In this document: piece by piece, positions 62,866-64,000 of the stretch
Numbering within the stretch: the stretch's first letter is position 1
Layout of the letters: each line of letters starts with the position of its first letter
From: Dipteris shenzhenensis
Lineage: Eukaryota
Reading direction: 5' to 3' (one strand)
Assembly (NCBI GenBank): GCA_047967505.1
Contig: CM106538.1
Length of the DNA: 64,000 nt
Made by a program: the position numbers and the translations under genes
Notes under the pieces: model-generated
What the model was told of the DNA's origin: nothing
What the model saw: only the letters and a program-made list of their open reading frames with translations
Database searches by the model: none

Positions 62866-64000
62866 TTGCAAGGCAAAAATAGATGACTCAGCCTTCCGCA
62901 TGGGTAGCATGCACACTCCAAAGGCTTGCCACTAGGGTCGGTGATGCTCCTAGCCTACCTCACCAAGCCTAATACCAAGCCTACCTTGTCTTGGTATTAG
63001 GCTTGGGTGGCCCTTTTTCCCCCACAAAAAAGGGAGATTTCACTCTTGGAGGCCATATCATATGTTTCCCTTACTCAAATTTAACCAAAATTTTTTCCTC
63101 TTATTCAATATGTGGAGGACTAAAAATATTGACATTTTTGAAATGTTTGGTCATGTTTGAGAATTACTAGATTTATTTTTAATATTCTTTGTTGATCCTC
63201 TAAGGAGTAAAAGTAAAAATTAAACTTCAATCTTCCTAAATCTAACCGTTGGATTTGGGATTTGATGATTCAACCACACACCCTTATGTGCCTACTAACC
63301 TTCCACTGAATTGGATTTGCTTAATTATTCAAAATACTAAGAAAATGTGGTGTGCTACTAAAATGCATGTATTTCATGTCTTTATTTATAATAAATAATT
63401 ATTTATAATTAGATAAATCATTCAAAAAATTACCAATAAATCAAGTTAAGGTCTACATAATGTAAAGAGACCACCTACAAAGTTTCAATAATATTTAATC
63501 TAAAATGAGTGAGAAATTTAGAATTTAATATGACACTCTCTGTTCGTGACAAAGGCGTGACCACCCTGGAACCATGCCGTGTGACACAAAGAAATTTTTG
63601 TGTGCGCATCGAATTTTCGGTCAGACTACACGATTGTGTGCACAATAGCTGTGTGATGTTGTGTCTGAAGACTTCAAAGACTAGATCCATAGGAAAGTAG
63701 GTGAGATTTGCATTTTTGTGTGCTAAAAAGCTTGTTTTTCCACCTCCTAAGGATTGGGGAGTGAACAAAAAGTGGACACCCTTAGCTTGCTACTTCCTTG
63801 TCCTAGATTGTGAGAAAGAAAGAAGAAAAACAAGTATCCTTGTTAAATGCTTCTTCAGGGAATGAGGAAAGAGACGTAATGATGGCTAAATGGTGCATGG
63901 TAAAGCAAAAGAAGAAGAAGAAAGCAAGGAAGAAGTAGATGAGAAACATCAGGAAGAGGAACTTCGTAGTAAGAAAAAGAAGCATCTAGAAGGAGAATTA

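Overview
Gene-poor, transposon-saturated plant genomic DNA. A fern is likely, inferred from TTTAGGG-type repeats, tRNA-iMet-primed copia elements and the style of degenerate PLS-class PPR motifs. No intact host gene is supported. The centre (12.3-39.1 kb) is a nest of five Ty1/copia LTR elements. An old truncated copy A is interrupted by element B. Element C is interrupted by element D and by a very young copy of family A (A') that has apparently identical 171-bp LTRs, a TATGA TSD and one premature stop. The left end holds a decayed but complete protein-kinase domain behind a TATA box and a hAT-like terminus. It also holds a 3x tandem 1.42-kb chimeric gypsy fragment and an unusual cassette: (CCCTAAA)n, a 29-bp inverted repeat enclosing a palindromic motif array, then (TTTAGGG)n, within a putative DNA element. 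The right third has gypsy pol and gag relics, two copies of a ~246-bp MITE with 8-bp TSDs, PPR relics, LTR-like fragments, several palindromic arrays and microsatellites. All identities were judged by eye; no database searches were run.
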